DNA from: Macrostomum lignano
Lineage: Eukaryota
Direction of reading: 5' to 3'
DNA length: 64,000 nucleotides
NCBI GenBank assembly: GCA_002269645.1
Contig: NIVC01002137.1
Location: forward strand, 94,609-158,608
Each line of letters starts with the position of its first letter. The first letter of the stretch is position 1. The notes under the pieces were generated by a model, which saw only the letters and a program-made list of their open reading frames with translations, did not search any database and was not told the origin of the DNA. This document shows positions 21,907 through 34,432 of the stretch, piece by piece. Position numbers and translations under genes: made by a program.

Positions 21907-24900
21907 TCACAACTCGTCTCTCTGCACCAGCACTTGATCCGCAGGCTTCGGTTGTCCTCCGCCGCTGGGGTCCGTCAGCTCCGCAGCCTTCCCAGTCCAA
22001 TCGTTGAATGCCAACAGGGCCGCATTTCGTCCAGCAATGGCCGACATCTCCATAGCGGAGGCTGCCAACTCGATGGGGCTGGTGTGGTACAGCCCGTCAG
22101 CCAGTACAAAGCTGGCATTGATCGACAGTCCCCGACGATAAAGCGGATAAGCCAGCCAGCTCACACTGTGAGTAGACTCAACATTAGTAAACAGTTGATT
22201 AACCTGCTCAGCAGTGAGTACTCGCTGTGAGAACACTTTATAAACATTGTCGGATGGATTTTTATCAACATCGTGTTGATAGCCGATGCTGTTAAAGTCC
22301 AGCGGCGATGCAGGCGTGCCCGTGAGCACGCTGTACTCAGATTGGCGGCTTCTCAGGCCCAGCCAGTCGTGATTGAGTCGGCCTTTGACAAATGTTGCAA
22401 CCGTGGTCTGGTAGTCAACCCGGGGAACTTTAACGTCTTTTATCTGAATTGGGGGTTATGAGTAGGCTCATTGATCAGGATAATAACCCTTCGGCGACAT
22501 CTTCCCGTAACCGACGCTGACCGAAGCGCGCGAATACTGTACGCAGACAAGCACTCACAGACACGCTCACACAGGGTGCACACAGCAGCCTTGACTTTCT
22601 AATCGTCAGGCATGTGCATTCTCTGCGTCTTGAGGGCTGACTCTCATGGGATTCACAATTGATCACAAGAGGGATCACAATGGATCACAAGTGGATTCAC
22701 AATGGATCACAAGTAGATTCACAATGAATCACAATAGGATTCACAAGAATTAAGAAGATTCACAATGGATCACAAGAGGATTCACAATGGATCACAAGAG
22801 GATTCACAATGAATCACAAGAGGATTCACAATGAATCACAAGAGGATTCACAAGAATTAAGAGGATTCACAAGAATTAAGAGGATTCACAAGAATTAAAA
22901 GAGGAATCAAAAGAATTAAAAGAGGATTCACAAGAATTAAAAGAGGATTCACAATGAATCACAAGAGGATTCACAATGGATCACAAGAGGATTCACAGTG
23001 AATCACAATGAATCACAAGAGGATTCACAGTGAATCACAATGAATCACAAGAGGATTCACAGTGAATCACAATGAATCACAAGAGGATTCACAGTGAATC
23101 ACAATGAATCACAAGAGGATTCACAGTGAATCACAATGAATCACAAGAGGATTCACAGTGAATCACAATGAATCACAAGAGGATTCACAGTGAATCACAA
23201 TGAATCACAAGAGGATTCACAGTGAATCACAATGAATCACAAGAGGATTCACAGTGAATCACAATGAATCACAAGAGGATTCACAATGAATCACAATGAA
23301 TCACAAGAGGGTTTAGAATGAATCACAAGAGGGTTCACAATGAATCACAATGAATCACAGCATGATTCACATGTACTCTGATTTGAAAGTTATGAAAGGC
23401 TATTGCAACAAAGCATCCATTTAAAGTAGGGAATAAACCTATACATCTCTCCGACAATTTTACCTCAATATTAAAGTGCTGACTCGGTGGCACAGTCAGG
23501 ATCACTTGATCATATTGCTCAACCACTGTTGACCTGCTGGCATCCGTGCTGGTCACAGTCCAACCTTCGCGATCCTTAGCAATCTGAGTAACTCGACTAT
23601 TGAGCAGCAGCCTGACCTTGCCAGATTCTGCTTCATCCGCTTGCTGAGACTGAGCCAGCCTGCTAAGCAGATTAGCCACAATCAGCCGGTTGCCGCCTCT
23701 GACCGACCAGAGACCGCCTTCGGCGCCAGCCAACGACACTGCGCCAACGAAGCCGTGAATGCTCACATTCTGACCGTAGTTGTTGCGCATCGCCCCAGCA
23801 ACCAGTTCGTTGATGAACTCGGAGCTGAAGCCGCTGGACTCCAGCAGCTGGAGTGATTTAATTAAATAATTTGTTTACTTTTGATTCTGCGCCTTTGATC
23901 AAGCAGTGCTTGGGAATCTGCCCTTCATTTACCCTCTGTTACTTGAATCTACCCTTCATCTACCCTCTGTTACTTGAATCTACCCTTCATCTACCCTCTG
24001 TTACTTGAATCTACCCTTCATCTACCCTCTGTTACTTGAATCTACCCTTCATCTACCCTCTGTTCCTTGAATCTGCCCTTCATCTACCCTCTGTTACTTG
24101 AATCTGCCCTTCATTTACCCTCTGTTACTTGAATCTACCCTTCATCTACCCTCTGTTACTTGAATCTGCCCTTCATCTACCCTCTGTTACTTGAATCTGC
24201 CCTTCATCTACCCTCTGTTCCTTGAGAATCTGCCCTTCATCTACCCTCTTTTCCTTGAATCTGCCCTTTATCTACCCTCTGTTCCTTAAATCTGCCCTTC
24301 ATCTACCCTCTGTTCCTTGAATCTGCCCTTTATCTACCCTCTGTTCCTTGAATCTGCCCTTCATCTACCCTCTGTTCCTTGAGAATCTGCCCTTCATCTA
24401 CCCTCTGTTCCTTGAATCTGCTCTTCATCTACCCTCTGTTCCTTGAGAATCTGCCCTTCATCTACCCTCTGTTCCTTGAATCTGCCCTTTATCTACCCTC
24501 TGTTACTTGAGAATCTGCCCTTCATCTACCCTCTGTTCCTTGAATCTGCCCTTCATCTACCCTCTGTTCCTTGAGAATCTGCCCTTCATTTACCCTCTGT
24601 TCCTTGAATCTGCCCTTCATCTACCCTCTGTTCCTTGAATCTGCCCTTCATCTACCCTCTGTTCCTTGAGAATCTGCCCTTCATCTACCCTGTTCCTTGA
24701 ATCTGCCCTTCATCTACCCTCTGTTACTTGAGAATCTGCCCTTCATCTACCCTCTGTTCCTTGAATCTGCCCTTCATCTACCCTCTGTTCCTTGAATCTG
24801 CCCTTCATCTACCCTCTGTTCCTTGAGAATCTGCCCTTCATTTACCCTCTGTTCCTTGAATCTGCCCTTCATCTACCCTCTGTTCCTTGAATCTGCCCTT

Positions 24901-27094
24901 CATCTACCCTCTGTTCCTTGAATCTGCCCTTCATCTACCCCCTGTTCCTTGAATCTGCCCTTTATCTTCCCTCTGTTCCTTGAGAAACTGCCCTTCATCT
25001 ACCCTCTGTTCCTTGAATCTACCCTTCATCTACCCTCTGTTACTTGAATCTACCCTTCATCTACCCTCTGTTACTTGAATCTACCCTTCATCTACCCTCT
25101 GTTCCTTGAATCTGCCCTTCATCTACCCTCTGTTACTTGAATCTGCCCTTCATTTACCCTCTGTTACTTGAATCTACCCTTCATCTACCCTCTGTTACTT
25201 GAATCTGCCCTTTATCTACCCCCTGTTCCTTGAATCTGCCCTTCATCTACCCTCTGTTCCTTGAGAATCTGCCCTTTATCTACCCTCTTTTCCTTGAATC
25301 TGCCCTTTATCTACCCTCTGTTCCTTGAATCTGCCCTTCATCTACCCTCTGTTCCTTGAATCTGCTCTTCATCTACCCTCTGTTCCTTGAGAATCTGCCC
25401 TTCATCTACCCTCTGTTCCTTGAATCTGCCCTTTATCTACCCTCTGTTACTTGAGAATCTGCCCTTCATCTACCCTCTGTTCCTTGAATCTGCCCTTCAT
25501 CTACCCTCTGTTCCTTGAGAATCGGCCCTTCATTTACCCTCTGTTCCTTGAATCTGCCCTTCATCTACCCTCTGTTCCTTGAATCTGCCCTTCATCTACC
25601 CTCTGTTCCTTGAGAATCTGCCCTTCATCTACCCTGTTCCTTGAATCTGCCCTTCATCTACCCTCTGTTACTTGAGAATCTGCCCTTCATCTACCCTCTG
25701 TTCCTTGAATCTGCCCTTCATCTACCCTCTGTTCCTTGAATCTGCCCTTCATCTACCCTCTGTTCCTTGAGAATCTGCCCTTCATTTACCCTCTGTTCCT
25801 TGAATCTGCCCTTCATCTACCCTCTGTTCCTTGAATCTGCCCTTCATCTACCCTCTGTTCCTTGAATCTGCCCTTCATCTACCCCCTGTTCCTTGAATCT
25901 GCCCTTTATCTTCCCTCTGTTCCTTGAGAAACTGCCCTTCATCTACCCTCTGTTCCTTGAATCTGCCCTTCATCTACCCTCTGTTCCTTGAGAATCTGCC
26001 CTTCATCTACCCTCTGTTCCTTGAGAATCTGCCCTTCATCTACCCCCTGTTCCTTGAATCTGCCCTTTATCTTCCCTCTGTTCCTTGAGAAACTGCCCTT
26101 CATCTACCCTCTGTTCCTTGAATCTGCCCTTCATCTACCCTCTGTTCCTTGAATCTGCCCTTCATCTACCCCCTGTTCCTTGAATCTGCCCTTTATCTTC
26201 CCTCTGTTCCTTGAGAAACTGCCCTTCATCTACCCTCTGTTCCTTGAATCTGCCCTTCATCTACCCTCTGTTCCTTGAGAAACTGCCCTTCATCTACCCT
26301 TGTTCTTTGGGAATCTACCCTTCATTTACCCTCTGTTCCTTGAATCTGCCTCTCTACCCCCTAAAATAATAATTTCCCAGTGTAAAAACTGCAAGTTAAA
26401 AGCCAGATCCCACCTTCTCAATGGTCTCAGTCGCCATAGCCGGGAAGCTGTCAGACATGGCAGACAGAAGACCCAGCACATTGGTGTAAGCTTGCCCAGC
26501 ATTCTGTCTAGCATAGACACGGCCGAAATCTTCCATCATGCCGGATACAAATTTTCTTAGCTGAACAAAAGCAGCTAATCCGTACCTATGCAAAAGCTGC
26601 ACCATCTTAACCAGGTACCAATCGCTAGTGTCCAACACAGTGTCTCGGCCATTGAACACAGCTAATCTAGTCTCTTCTCCGTGATACAGTCTGCTCAATC
26701 CAAGCACATCTGCGAAATGTCGCATATACAAATTCTTATCGTGTATAATTGATCCGCCAGATTCGAACTTGCGACCATCGAAATTAGCTACACCAAGACG
26801 GCCACCAACTAATGTAGCAGAGGACTCGTCCGTGACAATGTCCATTCTACAGTTGGAGCCGAATTTGTCTCTAAGGAAATAGGCGGCACTGGCCGCGGCT
26901 ACTCCGCTACCAATGATGGCAATACGGGGACCCGGCCGCTTCAAGTCTCTGCTTTTATCTTCACTCTGAGCTGCCTGAACCGACGCTGATGTGCCAGAGG
27001 AGAGCAGCGCCAAACTCGGCAGCAATAGGCAGGAGGTCAAGGTGAGCTGATGAGGCAGTCTCAGTGCCCAGTGTCTTGCAGACAGGCAAAGCAT
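21907..27094 (-). CDS. PCYOX1: Prenylcysteine oxidase 1 family flavoprotein, 533 aa
   Basis: Exons 27094-26414, 23847-23464 and 22443-21907, all phase 0 with GT-AG. It has a signal peptide and the FAD-binding motif RIAIIGSGVAAASAAYFL. Family motifs include FESGGSIIH, GAMRNNYGQ...HGFVGAVSLAG, LWSVRGGN, YQTTVATFVKGRLN and IELAASAMEMSAIAGRNAALL. The C-terminus is RDEL. Confidence 0.92.
22645..23365. repeat. Intronic GAATCACAA[T]/GAGGATTCACA minisatellite (~22 and 32 bp periods)
   Basis: Tandem units in PCYOX1 intron 2. Confidence 0.9.
23905..26350. repeat. 2.4-kb intronic 31/33-bp satellite (TTGA[GA]ATCTGCCCTTCATCTACCCTCTGTTCC)
   Basis: Fills almost all of PCYOX1 intron 1; variant blocks recur, implying block duplication. 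Confidence 0.95.
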
Positions 27095-27261
27095 TTCAGT
27101 ACAGTGTGCTGAGGGTCTAAAAAAGGTATAAAAGGTATTTATTACAAAGAAACATTGCAGTAAAGGATGATTGTACTAGCTGAGAGAGGAACAATTGCAC
27201 TAACTTAGGAAATTGTTGCACTAGGGGCCTAAATACTTGCTATCTGGGGGATGCTTACTAT

Positions 27262-27484
27262 CATACATGCTCAACCTCCGAAATTCGGTCGGCCTTGCGA
27301 CTTAGTTTTAACAAAAATGCGACGTAGTTTTTGGCCAAAAATGCGACTGACACGTAAAAAAACCTTCAGCAAAATTAACGCAACTTTGGGTAAACGGCAG
27401 GAGTAACTATGACTGTCGTATTAGGCCGAAATGCCTCGTCAGCTATTTAGTACTACTACTTTGGTGTTTTTTCGGGTGGGCATT
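27262..27484 (-). mobile_element. Partial inverted copy of the MITE at 30627-30924
   Basis: Reverse complement of 30704-30924, including GGGTAAACGGCAGGAGTAACTATGACTG and TTTTGGCCAAAAATGCGAC. Confidence 0.75.
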
Positions 27485-29039
27485 ATCTAGGGGACGCATA
27501 CTATTTGGGGATGCTTACACTTGCTGATAGGGGGATGTTTGCTATCACTATTGGGGGAATACTAGCTATTTTGGGGGTAATTGCTATTTTGAAAATGCTT
27601 GCTATATGGGAGATGCTTATTATTAGAGGGCTGCTTGCTATTTGGGGGGGGGAGGGGGGGAAGAAGGTACTTGATATCTAGATGATGCTTGCTCTTGGAC
27701 CATACTTTGGATCATGTAGGATATGCCTATAAATTTGGGCTTGGCATACATTACTATTAAGAAATAAATCTTAGTGATTATTGATATTTCATCATGAACT
27801 TTATAGCCAAAAAATTAAAAACCAAAAAAATTTATAACCTTTGAATTTGTCTTAATATATATTTGTTTGTGCATTTGAATTTTCATTGGCTAGTACTTTT
27901 CATTTTTAGCTGGCATCTATATTTCAGAAGGTTACATGTATGCTAGAAATTTGTATCATACCAGTAGATAGCTTAGATGTTTTGGTATACCACTTTGGCA
28001 TACCACTTTGAGCTTGAGTTAATTTTTGGCACACCAACTTATATTCAAAACTTTAAAAAATTAAAATTACACATTGCAATTTTTTTTTCTTTTGTAAAAG
28101 TATATATAGTATGACTATTAGGAAAACAATATTTTATGTAGTTTGATGGTTGAGTATACTATAGGCTGGCATAAATTTAAAACTTTTGGTGTGCACTTAT
28201 AATTGTTTAATATTTTTGGTATGCACCTACTATGATCTAGAAAATAGCTCTTAGAGAGGGGTACTTGCTATCTTGGGATAGGGGGTGCTTGCTATCTTGG
28301 GATAAGAGACTTTTTACTATCCAGGGAGGCTTGCTAATATAAGGATCTGGCCTGGGTTTTTAGTATACAGAGTATACATATATATATTGAATTTAGATTC
28401 TTGAAACTGTACCCTGAAATTAAAAAGTAGATATGCAATTTAGATAAGCCTACAGTATCACAACCTATTTTCCTTTTAAGCCTCATTTACACTGCCTTAA
28501 AATAAGATCTAGAAAACAAGATAAGAGGTCAAGGTAAACCGAGGCCTATTTTGGACACAAGAAATCATGTGTAATATGCTTATATTATATTCCCAGTTTT
28601 CAAAAGTAACAGAAATCACACTCTGAGCTTTAAAATTACACTTGCAAAAAACCTAGGTGGGGGATGCTTTCTATTAAAAAGGAATGCCTACTAGGCCTAT
28701 TTTTTAGAAGGCAATATTTTATTGTGTCCTTTTGTTAGGGGCCTACTTTAAAAAAAGGGGTCTCCCTAAAACATGCACTGCACCACCATACATGCGCAAC
28801 TTGCGGATTCTGAACCCATGAAATTCCAATCCCCGAAATTATTTTCACATGTATTCTAAAATTTAAATTCATACTCAAACAAAAACTTGTTAATAGTTAG
28901 GATGGAGATTAACATAAAATGGAGTAAATTTGTGTAAAATTAAGATTTGAGGCAAGCATTGATCTTGTTGGCTGGGGTGATGTGCAGAATATCAGGCAAT
29001 GTGGATCTAAAACATGTATTGGAAAAGTCAGGAAAACTC

Positions 29040-30530
29040 TGACCTCTGCCTCTCTCTACATGTACATCCTTTGAAACTTCTATCTTCATTTCTGTTTCCT
29101 CTTTTCTCTCTCATCTTTTGCCTTTCCTATCATCTCTTCTTTCCTCTTTCTTCTCTCTTTTCTCCCATTTTCTTTTGTCTCTTCCCCTACCTCTCTTCTC
29201 TTATGTCTTTTCTGTCATTCCTCCTTTCTCTTCTTTTATCTCTGCTCTCTTATCTCTGAATTCACATTTCTCTTTTTTTCTTGCCTCTCTTCTCTTATCT
29301 CATCCCTGTTTTTTCCTCTCCTCTTTCCTCACTCTTTTCTCTCTGCTCTCCTCTCTCCTCTCTCCCCTCTACTCTCGTCTCTTCCCTTTCCTCTTTTTTC
29401 TTTTCTCTTCTCTCTCATCTTTCTCATCTCATATCTTCTCTTTTATTTCCTCTCTCCTCTTACTTATCTTTCTGCTCTCCACTCCCCATCTCTCTTCTTT
29501 TTACTTTCTCCCCTTTCCATTCTCTTCTTTCCTCTCCTCTTTCTTCCCTGTTGTCAATTCTCTTCCCTTTTCTCTCCTTATTCCACTTCTTTCTCCATTT
29601 GTCTCTTCTCTGCTCTCAGACATTTCTTTTCTCCCTACTCTCTCCTCTTATCTCCATAATATCTTATCTCTCCTTCATTCTCTCTACTCTCTTATCTCTT
29701 GTCTGTTTACTCTCAACTCTGTTTTCTCTTCTCCTCTTTCTCTTCTGTCAACTTTATTCTCTTATATGTTCTCTCATGTCTTTCCCCTGTACTCTTTTCT
29801 TTCCCATGTTTGACTGTTCTCTTTCTTTTCTCCTCTCTTCATTTCTCTTGTCTCTTCTCTTCTCTTTACACTTTCCTCTCTCTTCTCTTTCATTTCTCAT
29901 CTCTCATTTCTTATTTCTCCTGCCATCTCTACCACCTTATCTATTTTCTCTTAACTTTACTCTCTTGTTTTTCATTTTTCTTCTTTTACTTATCTCTGCT
30001 TGCTCTCTTATTTCTTCTCATTTCTCTCTGCTCTCTACTCTCTCCCTTCTTCTCACTCCTCTCTCCCCCCTCTCATAACTTCCCTCCTCTTCTCTCTTTC
30101 CTTTCTTCTTTCTACTTCTCTGCTCTCATTTCTCATCTCTTCTAACATCTCTATTCTCTCTCCTTTCTTGTCTCGATCTTCTCTCCTATCTATCTCCTCT
30201 CTCCCTCATCTCTCCTCTCTGCTTGCTTATCTCCACCCTATAATCTCTCCTTTCTCCACTCTCATCTCTCTACTCTCTCCTACCTACTCTCTCCTCTCTC
30301 ATATCTACTCTCTTCTATCTGCTCTCTACTTTCTCCTATCTATTCTCTCCTCTCTCATCTCTACTCTTTTCTATTTCCTCTCTACTTTATCTTATCCACT
30401 CTCTCTTCTCTCATCTCATCTCTCTTATCTCTCCTCTTTTTACCTCTATTCTCTCCTCCCATTTCTCCCTCCCTACTCTCTCCCTTTCTTCTCTGCCTTC
30501 TCTTCTCACTTCTCCTCTTTTCTCACAGTA
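29040..30530. repeat. 1.5-kb CT-rich polypyrimidine low-complexity tract
   Basis: Almost only C/T on the + strand; the Ser/Leu/Phe ORFs here are artefacts. Confidence 0.92.
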
Positions 30531-30626
30531 AAAATAATACAATACAGAGATTAGCCAATAATTAAATGAATTAACCGTTTTTTTATGAGTCTGCCAGAAA
30601 AAGTAAATTATAAAGTTAAATGAATT

Positions 30627-30924
30627 CATACATGCGCAACAGTCGGCCGAGTCGGCCGATCCGGCCGACCGATTTGGCGGCCAATCAAGGAAGTCGCAAA
30701 AATGCCCACCCAAAAAATAACCTGAAGAGTAGTACTAAGTAGCTGACGAGGCATTTTAGGTTAATAAAACAGTCATAGTTACTCCTGCCGTTTACCCAAA
30801 GTTGCGTTAATTTTGCTTTCGGGTTTTTTTATATGTAAGTCGCATTTTTGGCCAAAAACTACGTCGCATTTTTGTTAAAACTAAGTCGCACGGCTGACCG
30901 AATTTTGGAGGTTGCACATGTATG
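30627..30924. mobile_element. ~300-bp MITE-like element with CATACATG(C/T)GCAAC termini
   Basis: CATACATGCGCAAC at 30627 and GTTGCACATGTATG ending at 30924. No clear TSD. Confidence 0.6.
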
Positions 30925-31004
30925 AATGAATTTGTGTTTAGCTTTCTATTAAAATTTTTTCCAATTGTAAATCCTAAAAAGTGTTCTTAGGCAAAAAAAA
31001 TTTA

Positions 31005-31783
31005 GGGCCATTCCATATAATTATGGTTGTAACATGACAGACTATTTTTACTTATAAAATGAAATCTAATAATAGAATATACTAAACCAATATTTCGAAA
31101 GAAAGATTATTTTGTCAAGAATATGTTTTTAAAGTTTCATATAGATATCATCAATAGTATAGATGCTATTAAACCTTAAAAGGCACTTATGGTCGTAACA
31201 ACAGGATTTTTGACATATAGAAACTAAAAGGTAAAAGTCTTATAACATTTTTCATTTTTTATATTTTGCAATATTTTTTTAATTTGATTAAGAACATCTT
31301 TAGAAGTCATACTCTTTTATTAGAATATATAAACTCAAAAAGGCAACAAAGATACAAAAGAAAAGGCAGCTTTATGGTCGTAACATTATGGTTGTAACAT
31401 ATTTTTTTCTGTCAATGCAGTAACTTTAAGGTACTAATATATTAAAAATATAATAAATTATATGGTTGCTAATGTTTTTATCTGATGATGCAAGTACTAT
31501 AATTTTATATATAGTTTGTTTTAACCTTCTAAAGCTTTTTATTTGTTTTTAAAAGGTACATAAACTTAATGATGTCTTTTGCTTAGAAATTTCCAATTTT
31601 ACAAAAATAACTTTTTGCCAATTGATAACATACTAATCCAACATTTTATCATTTATTTATTCTTAGATTGTATACATTACATATAAAAAAGATTTGGTAA
31701 AAAAAATTGGCTGATAAGGCAATGACAAGCAAAAATATTGACTTTTTCTATTTTCCAAATGTCTATCTTATATGGAATGGGCC
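31005..31783. mobile_element. AT-rich MITE with 16-bp TIRs, possibly PIF/Harbinger-like
   Basis: GGGCCATTCCATATAA ... TTATATGGAATGGGCC (1 mismatch), flanked on both sides by TTTA. Internal TTATGGT[CT]GTAACA repeats. Confidence 0.7.
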
Positions 31784-31850
31784 TTTAGAATGTTAGTTAA
31801 ATCAACTTAGCTATTGCATTTATTCTTTGCAAGATTTTTTTGGAATGCAT

Positions 31851-33752
31851 GCAAATTCAGCGACAAACAAATTTGGCCAGAGAAATTTAACATGGACAAA
31901 TTGGGCAAAAGCAAATTCGGCAAGAATCTAAGCAAAGTTGGTGATGTCTTGGTCTTGGTGATAGCAGCATTTGCCGTGCCATCACAGGTGCGTACCCGTC
32001 TACCCCTTACGAGGGGCTGAACACTATCCTTAACCTGCCTCCGCTTCACCTATTTATTAGGGTGGAGGCTATGAAGTCTGCCTCCCGGCTTATCAGAGAT
32101 AAAACGTTAAATAACGCACCCTCTGGCTTTATGCCAATGAAAACATTAATCCCGCATATGGACTTTGTCCGCCGCGACCTCAACAACATCCACATGGACC
32201 TGGGCAATGTGGATAGTCGACCTCCCGCCCTCAACATCAGGAGGGGCTTCAAGACCGCCATCCCTGGCCGAGACAATCTTCCGCTGGATGTCGGTGTGAA
32301 CCGGCGCAGCCAGGGCATTCACTGCTTCACCGACGGCTCGCTGTTCAACGGCCGCGCTGGAGCGGGTATTGCCATTTTCCACGAGGGTAAGATGCTTTTC
32401 CAGGAAAGTCTGCACCTCGGTGAGAACACCTCAGTTTTCCAAGCTGAAATTTGCGCCATTGAGCAGTGTGCCCAGCAACTGCTTCAGGCGAACATTAATA
32501 ACTTTGACATTAATTTCTACACTGATAGCCAAGCTGCTATTAAGGCCTTAACCACTGAGAATATCTCCGCTGCTACAGTATCTCAATGCCACCGCAGTGT
32601 GCAATCTCTCTCAGTCCTTAACAGGATTAGAATTATCTGGACACCTGGTCACAGCAACATCCTGGGCAACGAGCTCGCGGACTCTCTCGCCAAGGAGGGC
32701 AGCAACCCAGACGGCAACCACTGTCTGATGAGGCTACCCACCCCCAGGTCGCAAGTCACCCGCCATATCAACAGGTGGCTCCATCAGCAGCACCAGCTCC
32801 ACTGGAACAGCTGCACCGAGTACAGGCAGAGCCGCTCTGCCATGCCTAACCTGAACAGGAAAGTCTCTGATTATCTGATTTCGCTTAACAGAACCGACCT
32901 CAGGGAGATGTGCATGGTCCTAACCGGCCATGGATTCTTCCAGAGACATATATCGTTGCAAACCGGTTGCCCTCCCACCTGTCCTTTCTGTGGCATAGGA
33001 GAGGAGACCGCGGAGCATCACGTCACCTTCTGCCCTTACTTCAACAAGGCGCGGCACAAATACCTCGGCCACCCCAGCGGATGGACGAGCTGACCACCCC
33101 GGACAATATCCGTGACCTGCGCGCCTTCGTCCGGGACTCCGGCCGGATGAGGGTCGCCGATGCCTCCACTGCCAACCTGCCGACTACTGGCGGGGACTGG
33201 GCGCACCCCCAGGGTTAATCCTTGTGCTCTTTTACCTTGGGGTTGCGATAGGGGCCTCGCGGCCTATTCGCGGCGCCTGCACCCCCCATCAGTAGTAAGT
33301 AAGTAAGTGGTGATGTCTTTTTATAGCTAAAGACAATTAAGTTAAAGCAAACTACATATAATAAAGGCCTAAGTCCCTGACATTGTAACCAATAGAAGAA
33401 CCTTATTAGACATACAAGAAAATTGATTCTCTTGTTTTTTCTAAGTCTCAAAGGTTTTTGCTTATTACGAGGCTGCCGAACCTTAAATTAACAAACATTT
33501 CTTAGAAAGGACTTTCAATACTTACAAGGATAAATGATAGATAATTGATAAAACAAACTAAATTAAAAGGGAAAGCTAATATGCATTGAAGAATACCATT
33601 GACCATTGTACTAAATGAATTATCCAAATTATACAGAATTTTTTCCTTGTATTAATTTTTGCTAAATTTGCCTGGATTGTTGCCAAATTTGTTTTTGCCA
33701 AATTGGTCCATTGTGAATCTTTGTTGCCAAATTTGTTTGTTGCCAAATTGGT
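31851..33752. mobile_element. Foldback/TIR element with ~86-bp imperfect inverted arms of ~15-bp units, interrupted by a LINE fragment
   Basis: 31851-31936 aligns colinearly with the reverse complement of 33667-33752 (CAAACAAATTTGGC ... ATGGAC.AATT.GGCAAAA.CAAATT.GGCAA). Confidence 0.6.
31951..33307 (+). mobile_element. 5'-truncated non-LTR retrotransposon (I-group: R1/LOA/Tad1 type) with end of RT-linker, RNase H and CCHC knuckle
   Basis: The frame is open from 31951 ([23 protein letters not shown]). RNase H motifs are FTDGS, VFQAEI, YTDSQAA and [13 protein letters not shown], followed by [16 protein letters not shown]. There is a (TAAG)n tail and a 12-bp TSD TGGTGATGTCTT at 31939-31950 and 33308-33319. 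Confidence 0.92.
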
Positions 33753-33866
33753 CAGCACCATCTTTTTTGGAAGTCATTTATACTTTTTAGTAAAAATTAG
33801 CTTTTATAATAATTAAAAAACTCAATTCAAGATGTTGGCATTGCCTTTTCAGTTTACTGGGCCCTA

Positions 33867-34432
33867 GGCCCCATAGTCAGGAAAGTAGCCTCTGAGGGGG
33901 AAAATTCCCGCGTACACAAAGGGTCTTGGCATACATTGGCACACAAGCGCAGCACACACAAGGGGTCCTTGGCACACTTGGCGCACAATCATGGCGCACA
34001 CTGAGGTCCCTAGCACATGCGGCGCATTATTGTGGCACATAAGGTCCCTGACATGCATGAAAATTGTAATGCAAATTAACAATTTTACGTAAAATAAAGG
34101 AGATTTATAGAGTCTAGAAAGTCAGTGATAAACTTTTTGCTTCTTTAAAATTAAAAGTAAATAAAATTAGTATAAATTATTGCTAAAAACGTCAATTTTG
34201 CATTACTCTATTTGTAAGTATAATTTAAGTTTGTTTAAAATGAAAATATGCGTAACATTATAAAAAGGCTTTTTGTACGAAGGCCTTTCTTAGAAAACTC
34301 TACTCATGAAGAGTGGCGCACAGATGGCGCACAGACAGCGCACAAATGGCACATAGATGGCGCATAGACAGCGCACAAATCGTCCCAAAAAATTATTCCA
34401 GCGCACACTGTGTCACCTTCCTGACTATGGCC
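33867..34432. mobile_element. ~570-bp MITE with GGCC...ATAGTCAGGAA termini and TA flanks
   Basis: TA|GGCCCCATAGTCAGGAAAGT ... ACCTTCCTGACTATGGCC|TA. Confidence 0.65.

Noticed and set aside
29118-30554. Long Ser/Leu/Phe-rich ORFs resembling membrane proteins
   Set aside because: A pyrimidine-only tract cannot form stop codons, so this is an artefact.
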